A stretch of DNA of 32,000 nucleotides from Pseudidiomarina andamanensis (GTDB lineage Bacteria; Pseudomonadota; Gammaproteobacteria; Enterobacterales; Alteromonadaceae), in NCBI RefSeq assembly GCF_009734345.1, contig NZ_CP032551.1:2100001-2132000 (forward strand), in the 5' to 3' direction. Within the stretch, counting starts at the first letter, position 1. Each line of letters begins with the position of its first letter. The translations under genes were made by a program, and so were the position numbers. The notes below the pieces were generated by a model. It had not been told where the DNA came from, searched no databases, and saw only the letters and a program-made list of their open reading frames with translations. This document shows, piece by piece, positions 1 to 9,573 of the stretch.

Positions 1-44
1 TTGCACGATTTTACTTGCGTGCTCATCAAAGGGTAGGTAAATTG

Positions 45-62
45 AGCGAACACGTGTTCACT
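45..62. promoter_or_regulatory. FabR-type operator candidate upstream of the desaturase gene
   Basis: The 18-mer AGCGAACACGTGTTCACT contains a perfect 12-bp palindrome, GAACACGTGTTC (48-59), 47 nt upstream of the ATG at 106. As I recall it, the ACACGTGT core and AGCG...CT flanks resemble the E. coli fabB/fabA FabR operator. It lies just downstream of a weak -35 TTGCGT (15-20), 17-nt spacer, -10 TAAATT (38-43) arrangement. Confidence 0.45.
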
Positions 63-105
63 GAACGCGAGCGATTTTCATTTTAGTTTTTAAGTTGGTT
101 AATTT

Positions 106-1272
106 ATGTCGTCAGATCCTGTTTCAGCAGCCGCTGAAAAACCCCCAATTATTTGGCTTAACCTCAGTGTCTTTGCCATTACCTTTTTAGTGACTGTTAT
201 TGGCGTACCATGGTACGGCTTAACGCACGGTTTTTCGGCAGGCCTTATTGCTGGATTAATCGGTACCATTGTATTCGCTGGTATTTCAATTACCGCGGGT
301 TACCATCGCCTTTGGGCGCACCGTGCTTATGATGCACATTGGTCGCTACGCATTTTATTTGCGCTTGGTGGTGCCTTAGCCGTTCAAAACAGCGCCTTGC
401 ATTGGTCATCCGATCATCGTGAACACCACAAGCATGTGGATGATAACGACAAAGACCCATACTCAGCGAAGCGTGGCTTTTGGTACTCGCACATCGGTTG
501 GATGTTGCGTGAATATCAGGCTTCCCGATACAGCAACTATGACAATGCAAAAGACTTACAGAATGATCCGATTGTTATGTGGCAGCACCGCAATTATCTG
601 TTGTTAACGCTGGTAACTTCTATCGGTTGGCCAATTGCATTAGGTGTTATGCTTGGTGATGTCTGGGGCGCAATTATCTTAGTTGGCTTCGCACGCTTGG
701 TGATTAATCACCACACCACGTTCTTCATTAACTCATTAGCGCACATTTGGGGTAAGCAAACCTATACTGATCGCAACACAGCTCGCGACAACGGTGTGTT
801 GGCGCTGCTGACATTTGGTGAGGGCTATCATAACTACCACCATATCTTTTCGGCCGATTACCGTAACGGGATTCGTTGGTGGCATTTTGACCCAACCAAA
901 TGGTTGATTCGTGCGTGTTCATGGGTAGGGCTTACCAGCAACCTGAAACGTACAAATGGCTATCAAGTTGAAAAAGCTCGTCTAGAGATGCAGTTTAAAA
1001 AAGCGACGGCAAAAGCGCAGTTGTCTTGCGAAACAACCATGGCCAAATTACATGATGAATTTGATGTGATGGTGGCGAAATTACGTGAATATTATCAAGT
1101 ACGTAAGCAACTACTTGATACAAAAGCAAAAGCGATGGCTGACAGCATGCACATGCCAACCTTAGCGGAGCTACAGGCGAAAGCTGATATTATGCGTATT
1201 GCCTTCAATACACATAAGCAAGAGTTTCAAGAGCTATTACAGCGTACGTTGCGTGCGCCGCAAGCCGCGTAA
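106..1272 (+). CDS. Membrane acyl-CoA/acyl-lipid delta-9 fatty acid desaturase (stearoyl-CoA desaturase type)
   Basis: 388-aa ORF with an N-terminal hydrophobic segment and the three histidine boxes of SCD-type desaturases: HRLWAH, HREHHKH and HNYHH. Confidence 0.9.
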   Translation: MSSDPVSAAAEKPPIIWLNLSVFAITFLVTVIGVPWYGLTHGFSAGLIAGLIGTIVFAGISITAGYHRLWAHRAYDAHWSLRILFALGGALAVQNSALHWSSDHREHHKHVDDNDKDPYSAKRGFWYSHIGWMLREYQASRYSNYDNAKDLQNDPIVMWQHRNYLLLTLVTSIGWPIALGVMLGDVWGAIILVGFARLVINHHTTFFINSLAHIWGKQTYTDRNTARDNGVLALLTFGEGYHNYHHIFSADYRNGIRWWHFDPTKWLIRACSWVGLTSNLKRTNGYQVEKARLEMQFKKATAKAQLSCETTMAKLHDEFDVMVAKLREYYQVRKQLLDTKAKAMADSMHMPTLAELQAKADIMRIAFNTHKQEFQELLQRTLRAPQAA

Positions 1273-1287
1273 ACTGACTGACGAAAG

Positions 1288-1316
1288 AAAAAGCCGACCA
1301 TGTGGTCGGCTTTTTT
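1288..1316. terminator. Bidirectional rho-independent terminator between the desaturase and tex
   Basis: AAAAA-GCCGACC-ATGT-GGTCGGC-TTTTTT: a 7-bp GC-rich stem with an A-run on one side and a T-run on the other. It sits in the 60-nt gap between the convergent genes. Confidence 0.75.
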
Positions 1317-1332
1317 GTGGGCGTTTCTACCG

Positions 1333-3666
1333 TTATTTCTTCGCTTTTGCGAATGCTTCGGCAAGAGCGGACCCCATCGCCGAGTTCATTGCTGGCTGAG
1401 CCGCCGGTTTCGGGCGTGATTGGCCACCAGCGCCACGCGGCTTGTTGCTTTGTGGTTTGGCTTGGCTTGATTGGTTTGATGCTACAGCAGTTGGCTCGTC
1501 GGTTAGGCGCATGGTTAAACTAATACGTTTACGCGGAACATCCACTTCCAGCACTTTCACCTTCACAATATCACCGGCTTTCACGATTTCGCGAGGGTCA
1601 CTCACGAACTTGTCGGATAACGCCGACACATGCACTAAACCATCCTGATGCACACCAATATCAACGAAGGCACCAAAGGCGGCAACGTTACTCACAACAC
1701 CCTCAAGCGTCATACCCGGTTTCAGATCTTTAATGTCGTCCACGCCATCTTTAAAGCTAGCTGTTTTAAATTCAGGACGAGGGTCTCGGCCTGGTTTATC
1801 TAACTCGCGCAAAATATCCTGTACCGTCGGTAAACCAAAGGTTTCATCGGTGAAGTCTTTGGCGTTAATTTGTTTTAAAAACGCGGTGTCACCAATGATA
1901 TCGGCCACTTGTTTCTGGCTATGTGCAGCTATGCGCTCAACCACCGGGTACGCTTCTGGGTGAACCGCTGAACTATCGAGTGGTTGTTCACCATTCATAA
2001 TGCGCAAGAAACCTGCGGCTTGTTCAAACGACTTCGGTCCCATTCGTGCAACTTTTAACAGTTGCTGGCGGGTTGCAAAGCGGCCATGGCTATCGCGATG
2101 CGCAACAATGTTTTGTGCCAACGTTTTGGTTAAACCAGCAACGCGCGCCAATAGCGCAACCGAGGCTGTATTTAAGTCGACACCAACGGCGTTAACACAG
2201 TCTTCAACCACGGCATCAAGGCTCTGTGCTAATTGAGCTTGGCTAACATCATGCTGATACTGGCCAACACCAATTGATTTTGGTTCAATTTTAACGAGCT
2301 CAGCCAAAGGATCTTGCAAGCGGCGTGCAATTGAAACAGCACCACGCAACGAAACATCTAAGTCTGGAAACTCAAGCGCGGCAAGTTCAGAGGCAGAGTA
2401 AACTGAAGCACCAGCTTCGTTCACAATGACTTTATTGGCTTTAATTTCTGGGTTCGCTTTGAGCATTTCGGCAACAAGCTTGTCGGTTTCACGCGAATAG
2501 GTTCCGTTACCAATCGAGATCAATTCAACTTTGTGTTGCTTACACATGCCGGCTAGCGTGCGCATGGCCTTATCGACTTGGTTTTGCGGCTGGAACGGGA
2601 ATACCGTGTTGGTGCCTAATACTTTGCCGGTACTATCGACCACAGCTACTTTAATGCCCGTGCGTACGCCCGGATCAAGCCCCATCGTTACTTTGTCACC
2701 GGCCGGCGCTGCCATTAGCAAATCTTTTAGGTTATTGGCAAAAATTTGAATTGCATCGGTTTCAGCACGCTCGCGTACCGAGCCGAATAGTTCCGTTTCC
2801 ATGTGCAGTAATATTTTGATGCGCCAAGTCCACTGTACGGTTTGTTGAAGCCATGTATCGGCTGCGCGCCCTTTATCTTGCCAGTCAATATGAGCAGCAA
2901 TTAATTGTTCGCCATAACTACGCGCTTTCGGGTCTTCCTGTTGCGGATCTGGGTTTAACTTGAGTTGCAAGATACCTTCGTTACGCCCGCGGAATAATGC
3001 GAGTGCGCGATGCGAAGGAATTTTCTTCAGGGCTTCGCTAAACTCAAAGTAGTCGCGATACTTCGCGCCTTCGTTTTCTTTGCCAGGCGCAACAACACTG
3101 GTGATCTCGGCGTTGTTCCACAAGTAATCGCGAACTTTTTTCAACAATGCGGCATCTTCGGCAAAGCGTTCCATCAGAATGAAGCGTGCGCCATCAAGTA
3201 CCGCTTTTTCATCAGCAAAACCAGCATCGGTGTTGATATATTTTTGTGCCTCGGTTTCAGGCGATAGTTCTGGGTTACCAAACAACGCGTCGGCAAGTGG
3301 TTCAAGGCCCGCCTCAATGGCGATTTGCCCTTTGGTACGTCGCTTCGGCTTATAAGGCAGATATAAATCTTCGAGTTCGGTTTTTGAGGCGGTTTCTAAA
3401 ATCGCTTGCTCGAGTTCTGGTGTGAGCTTGCCTTGATCTTTAATACTCCCCAAAATGACCGCGCGACGATCTTCTAGTTCGCGCAAATAGGTCAGGCGCT
3501 GCGCAAGATTTCGCAGTTGCGTATCATCAAGGCCGCCAGTCACTTCTTTTCGATATCGGGCAATAAAAGGTACCGTCGCACCGTCATCTAATAGCGCGAT
3601 AGCAGCTTGTACTTGCTGCGAACCTACCGCTAATTCGTTCGCGATTTGCTGAGTAATCGAGCTCAT
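1333..3666 (-). CDS. tex: Transcription accessory protein Tex (S1 RNA-binding domain protein)
   Basis: Collinear over its full length with my recollection of E. coli Tex/YhgF ([42 protein letters not shown]-terminal S1 domain [15 protein letters not shown]). The ORF opens at 3678 (MREFM...), but the ATG at 3666 (MSSITQQ) has a GAGAGA Shine-Dalgarno-like sequence, so the start is ambiguous by 12 nt. Confidence 0.93.
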   Translation of the reverse strand: MSSITQQIANELAVGSQQVQAAIALLDDGATVPFIARYRKEVTGGLDDTQLRNLAQRLTYLRELEDRRAVILGSIKDQGKLTPELEQAILETASKTELEDLYLPYKPKRRTKGQIAIEAGLEPLADALFGNPELSPETEAQKYINTDAGFADEKAVLDGARFILMERFAEDAALLKKVRDYLWNNAEITSVVAPGKENEGAKYRDYFEFSEALKKIPSHRALALFRGRNEGILQLKLNPDPQQEDPKARSYGEQLIAAHIDWQDKGRAADTWLQQTVQWTWRIKILLHMETELFGSVRERAETDAIQIFANNLKDLLMAAPAGDKVTMGLDPGVRTGIKVAVVDSTGKVLGTNTVFPFQPQNQVDKAMRTLAGMCKQHKVELISIGNGTYSRETDKLVAEMLKANPEIKANKVIVNEAGASVYSASELAALEFPDLDVSLRGAVSIARRLQDPLAELVKIEPKSIGVGQYQHDVSQAQLAQSLDAVVEDCVNAVGVDLNTASVALLARVAGLTKTLAQNIVAHRDSHGRFATRQQLLKVARMGPKSFEQAAGFLRIMNGEQPLDSSAVHPEAYPVVERIAAHSQKQVADIIGDTAFLKQINAKDFTDETFGLPTVQDILRELDKPGRDPRPEFKTASFKDGVDDIKDLKPGMTLEGVVSNVAAFGAFVDIGVHQDGLVHVSALSDKFVSDPREIVKAGDIVKVKVLEVDVPRKRISLTMRLTDEPTAVASNQSSQAKPQSNKPRGAGGQSRPKPAAQPAMNSAMGSALAEAFAKAKK

Positions 3667-3776
3667 AAATTCTCTCATAACGTCGTGTTCAAAATTAGGA
3701 ATCGGGCCAGTATATCAGGCTGTTTCTTGCTTGTGTGCGTTTCGGTGTAGAGAATGCGTAAATGCGCGAATGGAGG

Positions 3777-4259
3777 CTATGAACGGGTTAAAATGTAATC
3801 GATTTCGGTTACAATCCAGAGTTTTGACCCTGTTGGCGTCACCACAGTGAACTCGTCATCAAGCTGTTTACCAAGCGCTGCGCGTGCCATTGGCGCGTCA
3901 ATGGAAATGACATCATCGCGTTGGTAAATTTCATCAGGGCCGGCAATGGTGAAGGTTTTCTGCTGACCGTGGTCGTCTTCTACGGTAACTGTTGCACCAA
4001 AAAACACTTTGCCGTCTTGCTGCGGTGAGTATTCGACAATTTTGAGTTGTTCAAGGCGCTTGCGTAAAAACCGAATACGCTTATCAATTTGCCGCAGTTT
4101 CTGCTTGTTATATTTGTAGTCTGCGTTTTCGCTACGGTCGCCAAGGCTGGCAGCCCAAGCGACCTTCTCGGTGGTTTCGCGACGTTCAACTCGCCATAAA
4201 TGATCAAGCTCCTGCTGTAATTGCAGGTAGCCCGAACGGCTTATTAGATTGGTTTTCAT
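3777..4259 (-). CDS. greB: Transcription elongation factor GreB
   Basis: 160 aa. Strong match to recalled GreB (WAASLGDRSENADYKYNK, KIVEYSPQQDGKVFFGA), and divergent from ompR as in E. coli. Confidence 0.93.
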   Translation of the reverse strand: MKTNLISRSGYLQLQQELDHLWRVERRETTEKVAWAASLGDRSENADYKYNKQKLRQIDKRIRFLRKRLEQLKIVEYSPQQDGKVFFGATVTVEDDHGQQKTFTIAGPDEIYQRDDVISIDAPMARAALGKQLDDEFTVVTPTGSKLWIVTEIDYILTRS

Positions 4260-4408
4260 GAGATACCAACTGACAGAATTAAAGCGAATAATATATGTGA
4301 CGAGTTTACGATGAAGTGAAAGAGATTAAAATCATCAAACTTTGAATACTTGAAATCTTTCGTTACAAGCCTTTGTTGGCAAAAGAATTTGCTTGGCATA
4401 TAGTTCAT

Positions 4409-4432
4409 CATAGTTGCCTACATAGTTGCCTA
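4409..4432. repeat. Perfect tandem duplication of the 12-mer CATAGTTGCCTA in the ompR upstream region
   Basis: CATAGTTGCCTA occurs at 4409-4420 and again at 4421-4432. A degenerate third copy, CATATAGTTCAT, lies at 4397-4408. The array ends 16 nt before the ompR ATG. Confidence 0.8.
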
Positions 4433-4448
4433 AACGAGCAAAAAAATT

Positions 4449-5183
4449 ATGAGCCAAGAAACCTTTAAAATCATCGTCGTTGATGACGATGCGCGTCTTA
4501 GAAGTCTCCTCGAACGTTATTTAGCTGAGCAGGGCTTTCACGTTCGCACCGCCGGTGATAGCGACCAAATGGATCGTTTACTCGAACGCGAGAATTTCCA
4601 TTTAATGGTTCTCGATCTCATGCTTCCAGGTGAAGATGGATTATCGATTTGCCGTCGATTACGTCAACAAAATAACGAAATTCCAATTGTCATGCTGACC
4701 GCAAAGGGTGATGAGGTAGATCGGATTATTGGGCTTGAGCTAGGCGCTGATGATTACCTTGCTAAACCATTCAACCCGCGCGAACTGTTGGCGCGTGTTC
4801 GTGCGGTGTTGCGACGTCGAGGCAAGGATATACCTGGTGCGCCAAGTGCTGAAGACGAAGAAATTCGCTTTGGTGAATTCCGATTAAACCTAGGCACGCG
4901 CGAAATGTTTCGTGGTGACGAACCCATGCCTCTAACAAGCGGTGAGTTCGCCGTCCTGAAAGCGCTTGTGACGCACCCGCGCCAACCGATGTCTCGTGAC
5001 AAACTGATGAACCAAGCGCGTGGTCGCGATTATAGTGCACTGGAGCGCAGTATCGATGTGCAAGTTTCACGCCTGCGTCGCATGCTTGAAGCTGATCCAG
5101 CGAGCCCACGTTACATTCAAACCGTTTGGGGTTTAGGTTACGTGTTTGTCCCTGACGGTAAAGATTCCGGTAAATCAGCCTAG
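4449..5183 (+). CDS. ompR: Osmolarity response regulator OmpR
   Basis: 244 aa with a receiver domain ([13 protein letters not shown]) and a winged-helix C-terminus ([15 protein letters not shown]), near-identical in pattern to E. coli OmpR. Confidence 0.95.
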   Translation: MSQETFKIIVVDDDARLRSLLERYLAEQGFHVRTAGDSDQMDRLLERENFHLMVLDLMLPGEDGLSICRRLRQQNNEIPIVMLTAKGDEVDRIIGLELGADDYLAKPFNPRELLARVRAVLRRRGKDIPGAPSAEDEEIRFGEFRLNLGTREMFRGDEPMPLTSGEFAVLKALVTHPRQPMSRDKLMNQARGRDYSALERSIDVQVSRLRRMLEADPASPRYIQTVWGLGYVFVPDGKDSGKSA

Positions 5184-5184
5184 T

Positions 5185-6510
5185 ATGAAATTCTTTCCTC
5201 GATCAGCGTTCGCGCGCACTGTGGCGCTGATTGCCGCTTTATTGCTTATCAATCAGGTTGTTTCTTACATCATGATTGGTTTGTACGTTGTGAAACCGAG
5301 CATGCAGCAAATTAGCAGTGTCGTGGCTCGACAGGTACAGGGGATTATGGCGCTCGATCAGTGGTTGAGTGAGGCCGATATTTCTCCGGAGCAACAACAG
5401 CGATTGGTTATGCGATATACCGATGCCACGGGTATTGAAGGCATTAGTGAAGATAAAGCACTCGACTATGGCCTTGCGCAAACCACCACTTATAACTTTT
5501 TATCTGCTCAGCTTTCCGACTTGCTGCAAGCTAACACCGAAGTTCGCATTTCGCAGGGCGATGCGTATCGGGTATGGATACGTACCGCAAACCTACCCGG
5601 TTATTGGTTAGTGATTGAACTAGATAGCTTCGACGAAGCACGTTTTTCCCCACTACTATTTTATTTAGTGTTGATTGGTGCGCTGAGTGTGTTTGGTGGC
5701 ATGGTATTTACCAATTGGCAAAACCGTCCGTTGAAAGCGCTAGAGGCGGCAGCAAAAAAAATTGGGCAGGGTGATTATCCTGATGATTTGCCGGAGCGAG
5801 GCTCTAGTGAAATTATTGCTGTGACCCGGGCATTCAATCAAATGACGCAAGGTGTGAAGCAGCTAGAGCAAGACCGTGCGTTATTAATGGCCGGTGTGTC
5901 GCACGACCTACGCACACCACTGACACGGATTCGTTTGGCAACCGAAATGATGCCGCCAAGCGAAGACTACTTGGCGGAAGGAATTATCAGCGATATCGAT
6001 GATATGAACGCTATTATCGACCAGTTTATTGATTACGTTCGAAGTGATACCGCTGCTGATAATGACCTACAAAATTTGAATTACATTGTCGAAGATGTTG
6101 TCGCTCACGTACCTGACTCCTGGCATAACAAAATAGAAGTGATTTATAACGAGATGCCGGAAGTATTGGTGCGCGAAGTTTCAATCAAGCGTGTTTTACT
6201 GAATTTACTTGAGAACGCAGAGCGTTATGGTCATGAAAAAGTCTTAATTGAAACCGGCTATGATGATCAGCGGCGCATGGCATGGATAAAGGTTTGTGAT
6301 GATGGTCCAGGCATACCAGCTAACCAAATCGAGTACTTATTACAACCGTTTACACAAGCCGACAAGGCGCGCTCAACCAAGGGCTCTGGCCTCGGGTTAG
6401 CGATTGTGAAACGCATTGTTGAGCGCCACCATGGCCGCGTGCTATTTGGCAGTAGTCAGCGGCTTGGTGGGTTATGTGTTCGTGTGGAATTACCCGCGAA
6501 CGCGGTTTAA
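5185..6510 (+). CDS. envZ: Osmosensor histidine kinase EnvZ
   Basis: H-box [15 protein letters not shown] boxes ([28 protein letters not shown]). I chose the ATG at 5185 ([13 protein letters not shown]...) because it matches the E. coli EnvZ N-terminus and sits 1 nt after the ompR stop. The ORF-track start at 5146 would overlap ompR. Confidence 0.92.
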   Translation: MKFFPRSAFARTVALIAALLLINQVVSYIMIGLYVVKPSMQQISSVVARQVQGIMALDQWLSEADISPEQQQRLVMRYTDATGIEGISEDKALDYGLAQTTTYNFLSAQLSDLLQANTEVRISQGDAYRVWIRTANLPGYWLVIELDSFDEARFSPLLFYLVLIGALSVFGGMVFTNWQNRPLKALEAAAKKIGQGDYPDDLPERGSSEIIAVTRAFNQMTQGVKQLEQDRALLMAGVSHDLRTPLTRIRLATEMMPPSEDYLAEGIISDIDDMNAIIDQFIDYVRSDTAADNDLQNLNYIVEDVVAHVPDSWHNKIEVIYNEMPEVLVREVSIKRVLLNLLENAERYGHEKVLIETGYDDQRRMAWIKVCDDGPGIPANQIEYLLQPFTQADKARSTKGSGLGLAIVKRIVERHHGRVLFGSSQRLGGLCVRVELPANAV

Positions 6511-7899
6511 ACCATTCAAGGCGGCCACCCGATAAGCTTCAGCCATGGTCGGGTAGTTAAAGGTGGTGTTCACGAAATACTCAATGGTATTGCCAGACCC
6601 TTTCTGCTCCATAATGGCTTGGCCGATGTGAATAATTTCCGCCGCACGTTCGCCAAAGCAATGAATGCCAAGCACTTCATTCGTTTCCCGGTGAAACAGG
6701 ATTTTTAAGCTTCCCACCGCCATATTTGAAATTTGCGCACGAGCCAAGTGTTTAAACTGCGCTCGGCCAACTTCATAAGGTACTTTTTGCGCGGTAAGCT
6801 CTTCTTCGGTTTTACCTACGGAGCTAATTTCAGGAATCGTATAAATACCGGTTGGAATATCACTAATTAAGCGTTGATCGCAGTCTCCATCAATCATTGC
6901 AGTGGCGCAAATGCGGCCCTGATCATAAGCGGCACTAGCGAGCGAAGGGTAGCCAATGATATCGCCAACCGCATAAATATTATCAGCTTTCGTTTGGTAG
7001 TGATTATTCACTTCAAGCTGGCCACGATGATTTGGCTTCAGGCCAACCGATTCAACGTTTAGCGATTCAATATTGCCCGAGCGACCGTTGGCGAATAGCA
7101 AGCAGTCGGCATCAATGCGCTTACCTGATTTTGTATACAACGTCACGCCGTCAGCATGGCCTTCAATGCGATCATATTCTTCGTTGTGTCGAATGACGAC
7201 GCCGCTATTGCGCAAGTGGTAACTAAGCGCATCGGAAATTTCCGCATCAAGAAAGCTTAATAGCCGCTCGCGGGTATTAATCAAATCGACTTTCACGCCT
7301 AATCCGCGAAAAATACTCGCATATTCACAACCGATGACGCCCGCTCCATAAATAATAATGCTGCGTGGCTCGTGTTCGAGATCAAGCACGGTATCTGAAT
7401 CGTAAATACGGGCATGAGAGAAATTCACATCAGGTGGGTGATATGGGCGTGAGCCGGTCGCGACAACCACTTGTTTCGTGGTAATAAACTCAAGCGTACC
7501 GTCTGCTTGCGTGATCTTCAGGCGATTGGCATTTTCGAACGAAGCACTACCATGAATGACAGTAACACCGTTGCGCTCGTAAAAGCTGCTGCGTAAACGA
7601 ACTTGTTTGCGAATGACTCCTTGCGCGTGTTTCAATATTTCAGCAAAGGTCAGCCCGCGCTGGATACGTTCGGCAGCAAACAATGGATTCGCATTGTATT
7701 CAATGAGGCGACTGACCGAGTGGCGTAATGCTTTCGATGGGATGGTTCCCCAGTGCGTGCAGCCGCCACCAATCGAGCTGTGCTTTTCAACCATCGCAAC
7801 TTTACGGCCATTTTTTGCGAGTTGCATGGCGGCGCCTTCGCCGCCTGGGCCACTGCCTATCACTACTGCATCAAATTGCAGATCTGCCTGACTCATCAA
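6490..7899 (-). CDS. sthA: Soluble pyridine nucleotide transhydrogenase SthA
   Basis: 469 aa. [17 protein letters not shown] and [17 protein letters not shown], plus the C-terminal [14 protein letters not shown], match recalled E. coli SthA/UdhA. Confidence 0.93.
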   Translation of the reverse strand: MMSQADLQFDAVVIGSGPGGEGAAMQLAKNGRKVAMVEKHSSIGGGCTHWGTIPSKALRHSVSRLIEYNANPLFAAERIQRGLTFAEILKHAQGVIRKQVRLRSSFYERNGVTVIHGSASFENANRLKITQADGTLEFITTKQVVVATGSRPYHPPDVNFSHARIYDSDTVLDLEHEPRSIIIYGAGVIGCEYASIFRGLGVKVDLINTRERLLSFLDAEISDALSYHLRNSGVVIRHNEEYDRIEGHADGVTLYTKSGKRIDADCLLFANGRSGNIESLNVESVGLKPNHRGQLEVNNHYQTKADNIYAVGDIIGYPSLASAAYDQGRICATAMIDGDCDQRLISDIPTGIYTIPEISSVGKTEEELTAQKVPYEVGRAQFKHLARAQISNMAVGSLKILFHRETNEVLGIHCFGERAAEIIHIGQAIMEQKGSGNTIEYFVNTTFNYPTMAEAYRVAALNGLNRVRG

Positions 7900-7983
7900 A
7901 TGCTCCTTCTGGTTGTACCGCTTGCTTCTTTGCCGTTATAGTAACGAAAAGCCGATGTATTTAGCCAGTAATATGGAATTCTT

Positions 7984-8532
7984 ATGGCGCACAAACCAGT
8001 TCCAGAAATTTTAACTCGCCAAATTGTAGCAACGAGTCGCCTTCTGCGCATTGAGGCAATCGACTTACGCTTCAGTAACGGTGTCGAGCGCCAGTTCGAA
8101 CGTATGGCGAGTAGCGGCCGCGGCGCCGTCATGATTGTCCCCTTTATTGATGACGAAACCTTAATGTTGGTGCGCGAGTATGCCGCTGGTCTACACAACT
8201 ATCAGCTTGGCTTTCCTAAAGGCTTAATTGACCCCGGCGAGACACCAGAGCAGGCTGCTAATCGTGAACTCAAAGAAGAAATAGGGTTTGGTGCCAAACA
8301 GCTGACTCCGCTGAAAAGTGTCACCATGGCGCCGCAGTTTTTTTCGGCGACCATGCATATTTTTATCGCTCGCGATTTATATCCAGAAAGCTTGCCAGGT
8401 GACGAACCGGAACCGTTAGAGAAGGTGCCATGGTTACTGAGCAAAGCGGATGCGCTAATGGAACAGGAAGATTTCACGGAAGCACGCAGTATTGCGGCTT
8501 TGTTGATGACACTTCGGGAGCTTGGCAAGTGA
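7984..8532 (+). CDS. nudE: ADP compounds hydrolase NudE (Nudix family)
   Basis: 182 aa. Nudix box GLIDPGETPEQAANRELKEEIGFGA and LEFSNGVER-type N-terminus, collinear with recalled E. coli NudE. Confidence 0.9.
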   Translation: MAHKPVPEILTRQIVATSRLLRIEAIDLRFSNGVERQFERMASSGRGAVMIVPFIDDETLMLVREYAAGLHNYQLGFPKGLIDPGETPEQAANRELKEEIGFGAKQLTPLKSVTMAPQFFSATMHIFIARDLYPESLPGDEPEPLEKVPWLLSKADALMEQEDFTEARSIAALLMTLRELGK

Positions 8533-8534
8533 CA

Positions 8535-9374
8535 ATGAATAGCTCGGTAGAACAATTACAGGGATGGTTACAAGGTGCGGCTGATATTGCGTTGAAAGCT
8601 GGCGATCTGATTCTTGAACTCTATGAAGAGCAGGCTTACGAAACGTACGAGAAAGATGATGACTCGCCTGTCACGAGCGCCGATTTTGCCGCCAATCGCT
8701 TGATTGTTGATGGACTCTCGGCGTTGACTCCTGATATTCCAGTGCTTTCTGAAGAGGGTTCGCATTTAACGTTTGAAGAACGCCGCCAGTGGCCGCGCTA
8801 TTGGATGATTGACCCGATTGACGGTACGCAAGAATTTATTGCCCGCAGTGGTGATTTTGGTGTCATTATCGCGTTGGTTGAACATAATCAGCCGGTACTC
8901 GGGGTCATTTACTGGCCAGCGGGTGATGTGTTGTATACCGCTCAACGTGGGCAAGGGGCTTTCCGCCGCGATGTACACGGCACGCAGCGTATTCACGTGC
9001 GTCGTCTTGCCGACCCGCTCAATGATGTTCTGCATTTAGCAATTAGCCGCCGTCAGCCACGTGAGCGCGTATTACAGCGCATGACCAGTGAGCGAGAGCT
9101 ACAACTTGTGCCAGCTGGCAGCTGTTCATTGAAAGCCTGTATGATTGCTGAAGGACGTGCCGATTGTTTTTTACGCGTTGGCCCAACCGGCGAATGGGAT
9201 ACAGCCGCTGCGGAAGTGATTGTGGGTGAAGCTGGCGGGCGCATTGTCAGTGAGGGCTTTATGCCCCTTACTTACAACCAAGAAGCTAACCTAGGCAATC
9301 CTAACTTTATTATTTTAGGTGACCCTGATGTGCCGTGGCAGGAAGTGTTTATTCATCATCGAAGCGATGATTAG
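8535..9374 (+). CDS. cysQ: 3'(2'),5'-bisphosphate nucleotidase CysQ
   Basis: Inositol monophosphatase-fold motifs ([29 protein letters not shown]). I chose the ATG at 8535, 2 nt after the nudE stop. The longer ORF from 8430 overlaps nudE and adds non-homologous sequence. Confidence 0.88.
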   Translation: MNSSVEQLQGWLQGAADIALKAGDLILELYEEQAYETYEKDDDSPVTSADFAANRLIVDGLSALTPDIPVLSEEGSHLTFEERRQWPRYWMIDPIDGTQEFIARSGDFGVIIALVEHNQPVLGVIYWPAGDVLYTAQRGQGAFRRDVHGTQRIHVRRLADPLNDVLHLAISRRQPRERVLQRMTSERELQLVPAGSCSLKACMIAEGRADCFLRVGPTGEWDTAAAEVIVGEAGGRIVSEGFMPLTYNQEANLGNPNFIILGDPDVPWQEVFIHHRSDD

Positions 9375-9573
9375 CCGGCAGGATATTCACGGTTTCATGA
9401 AGTTCTGACCAAACGAGCACGGCTTCGCCGGCGGCCAGTTGGCGCCGCACATCTTCCACTTTTTCTTCCAACGACTTTTCTTCATCGCCGTAATCGGTGC
9501 CTTCACGCAATACGAACATTTCGATCAAGTTTGTAAGCGTTTCAGAGTCAACTTGTTGCCATGGAATCTGCAT
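9349..9573 (-). CDS. yheU: YheU family protein (UPF0270)
   Basis: 74 aa. [27 protein letters not shown]...[16 protein letters not shown] closely matches recalled E. coli YheU. Its start overlaps the yheS stop as TAATG. Confidence 0.88.
   Translation of the reverse strand: MQIPWQQVDSETLTNLIEMFVLREGTDYGDEEKSLEEKVEDVRRQLAAGEAVLVWSELHETVNILPANHRFDDE

Noticed and set aside
7934-7946. CGTTA-TAG-TAACG inverted repeat in the sthA-nudE divergent region.
   Set aside because: The arms are only 5 bp, which is easily expected by chance in an 84-nt AT-rich spacer.
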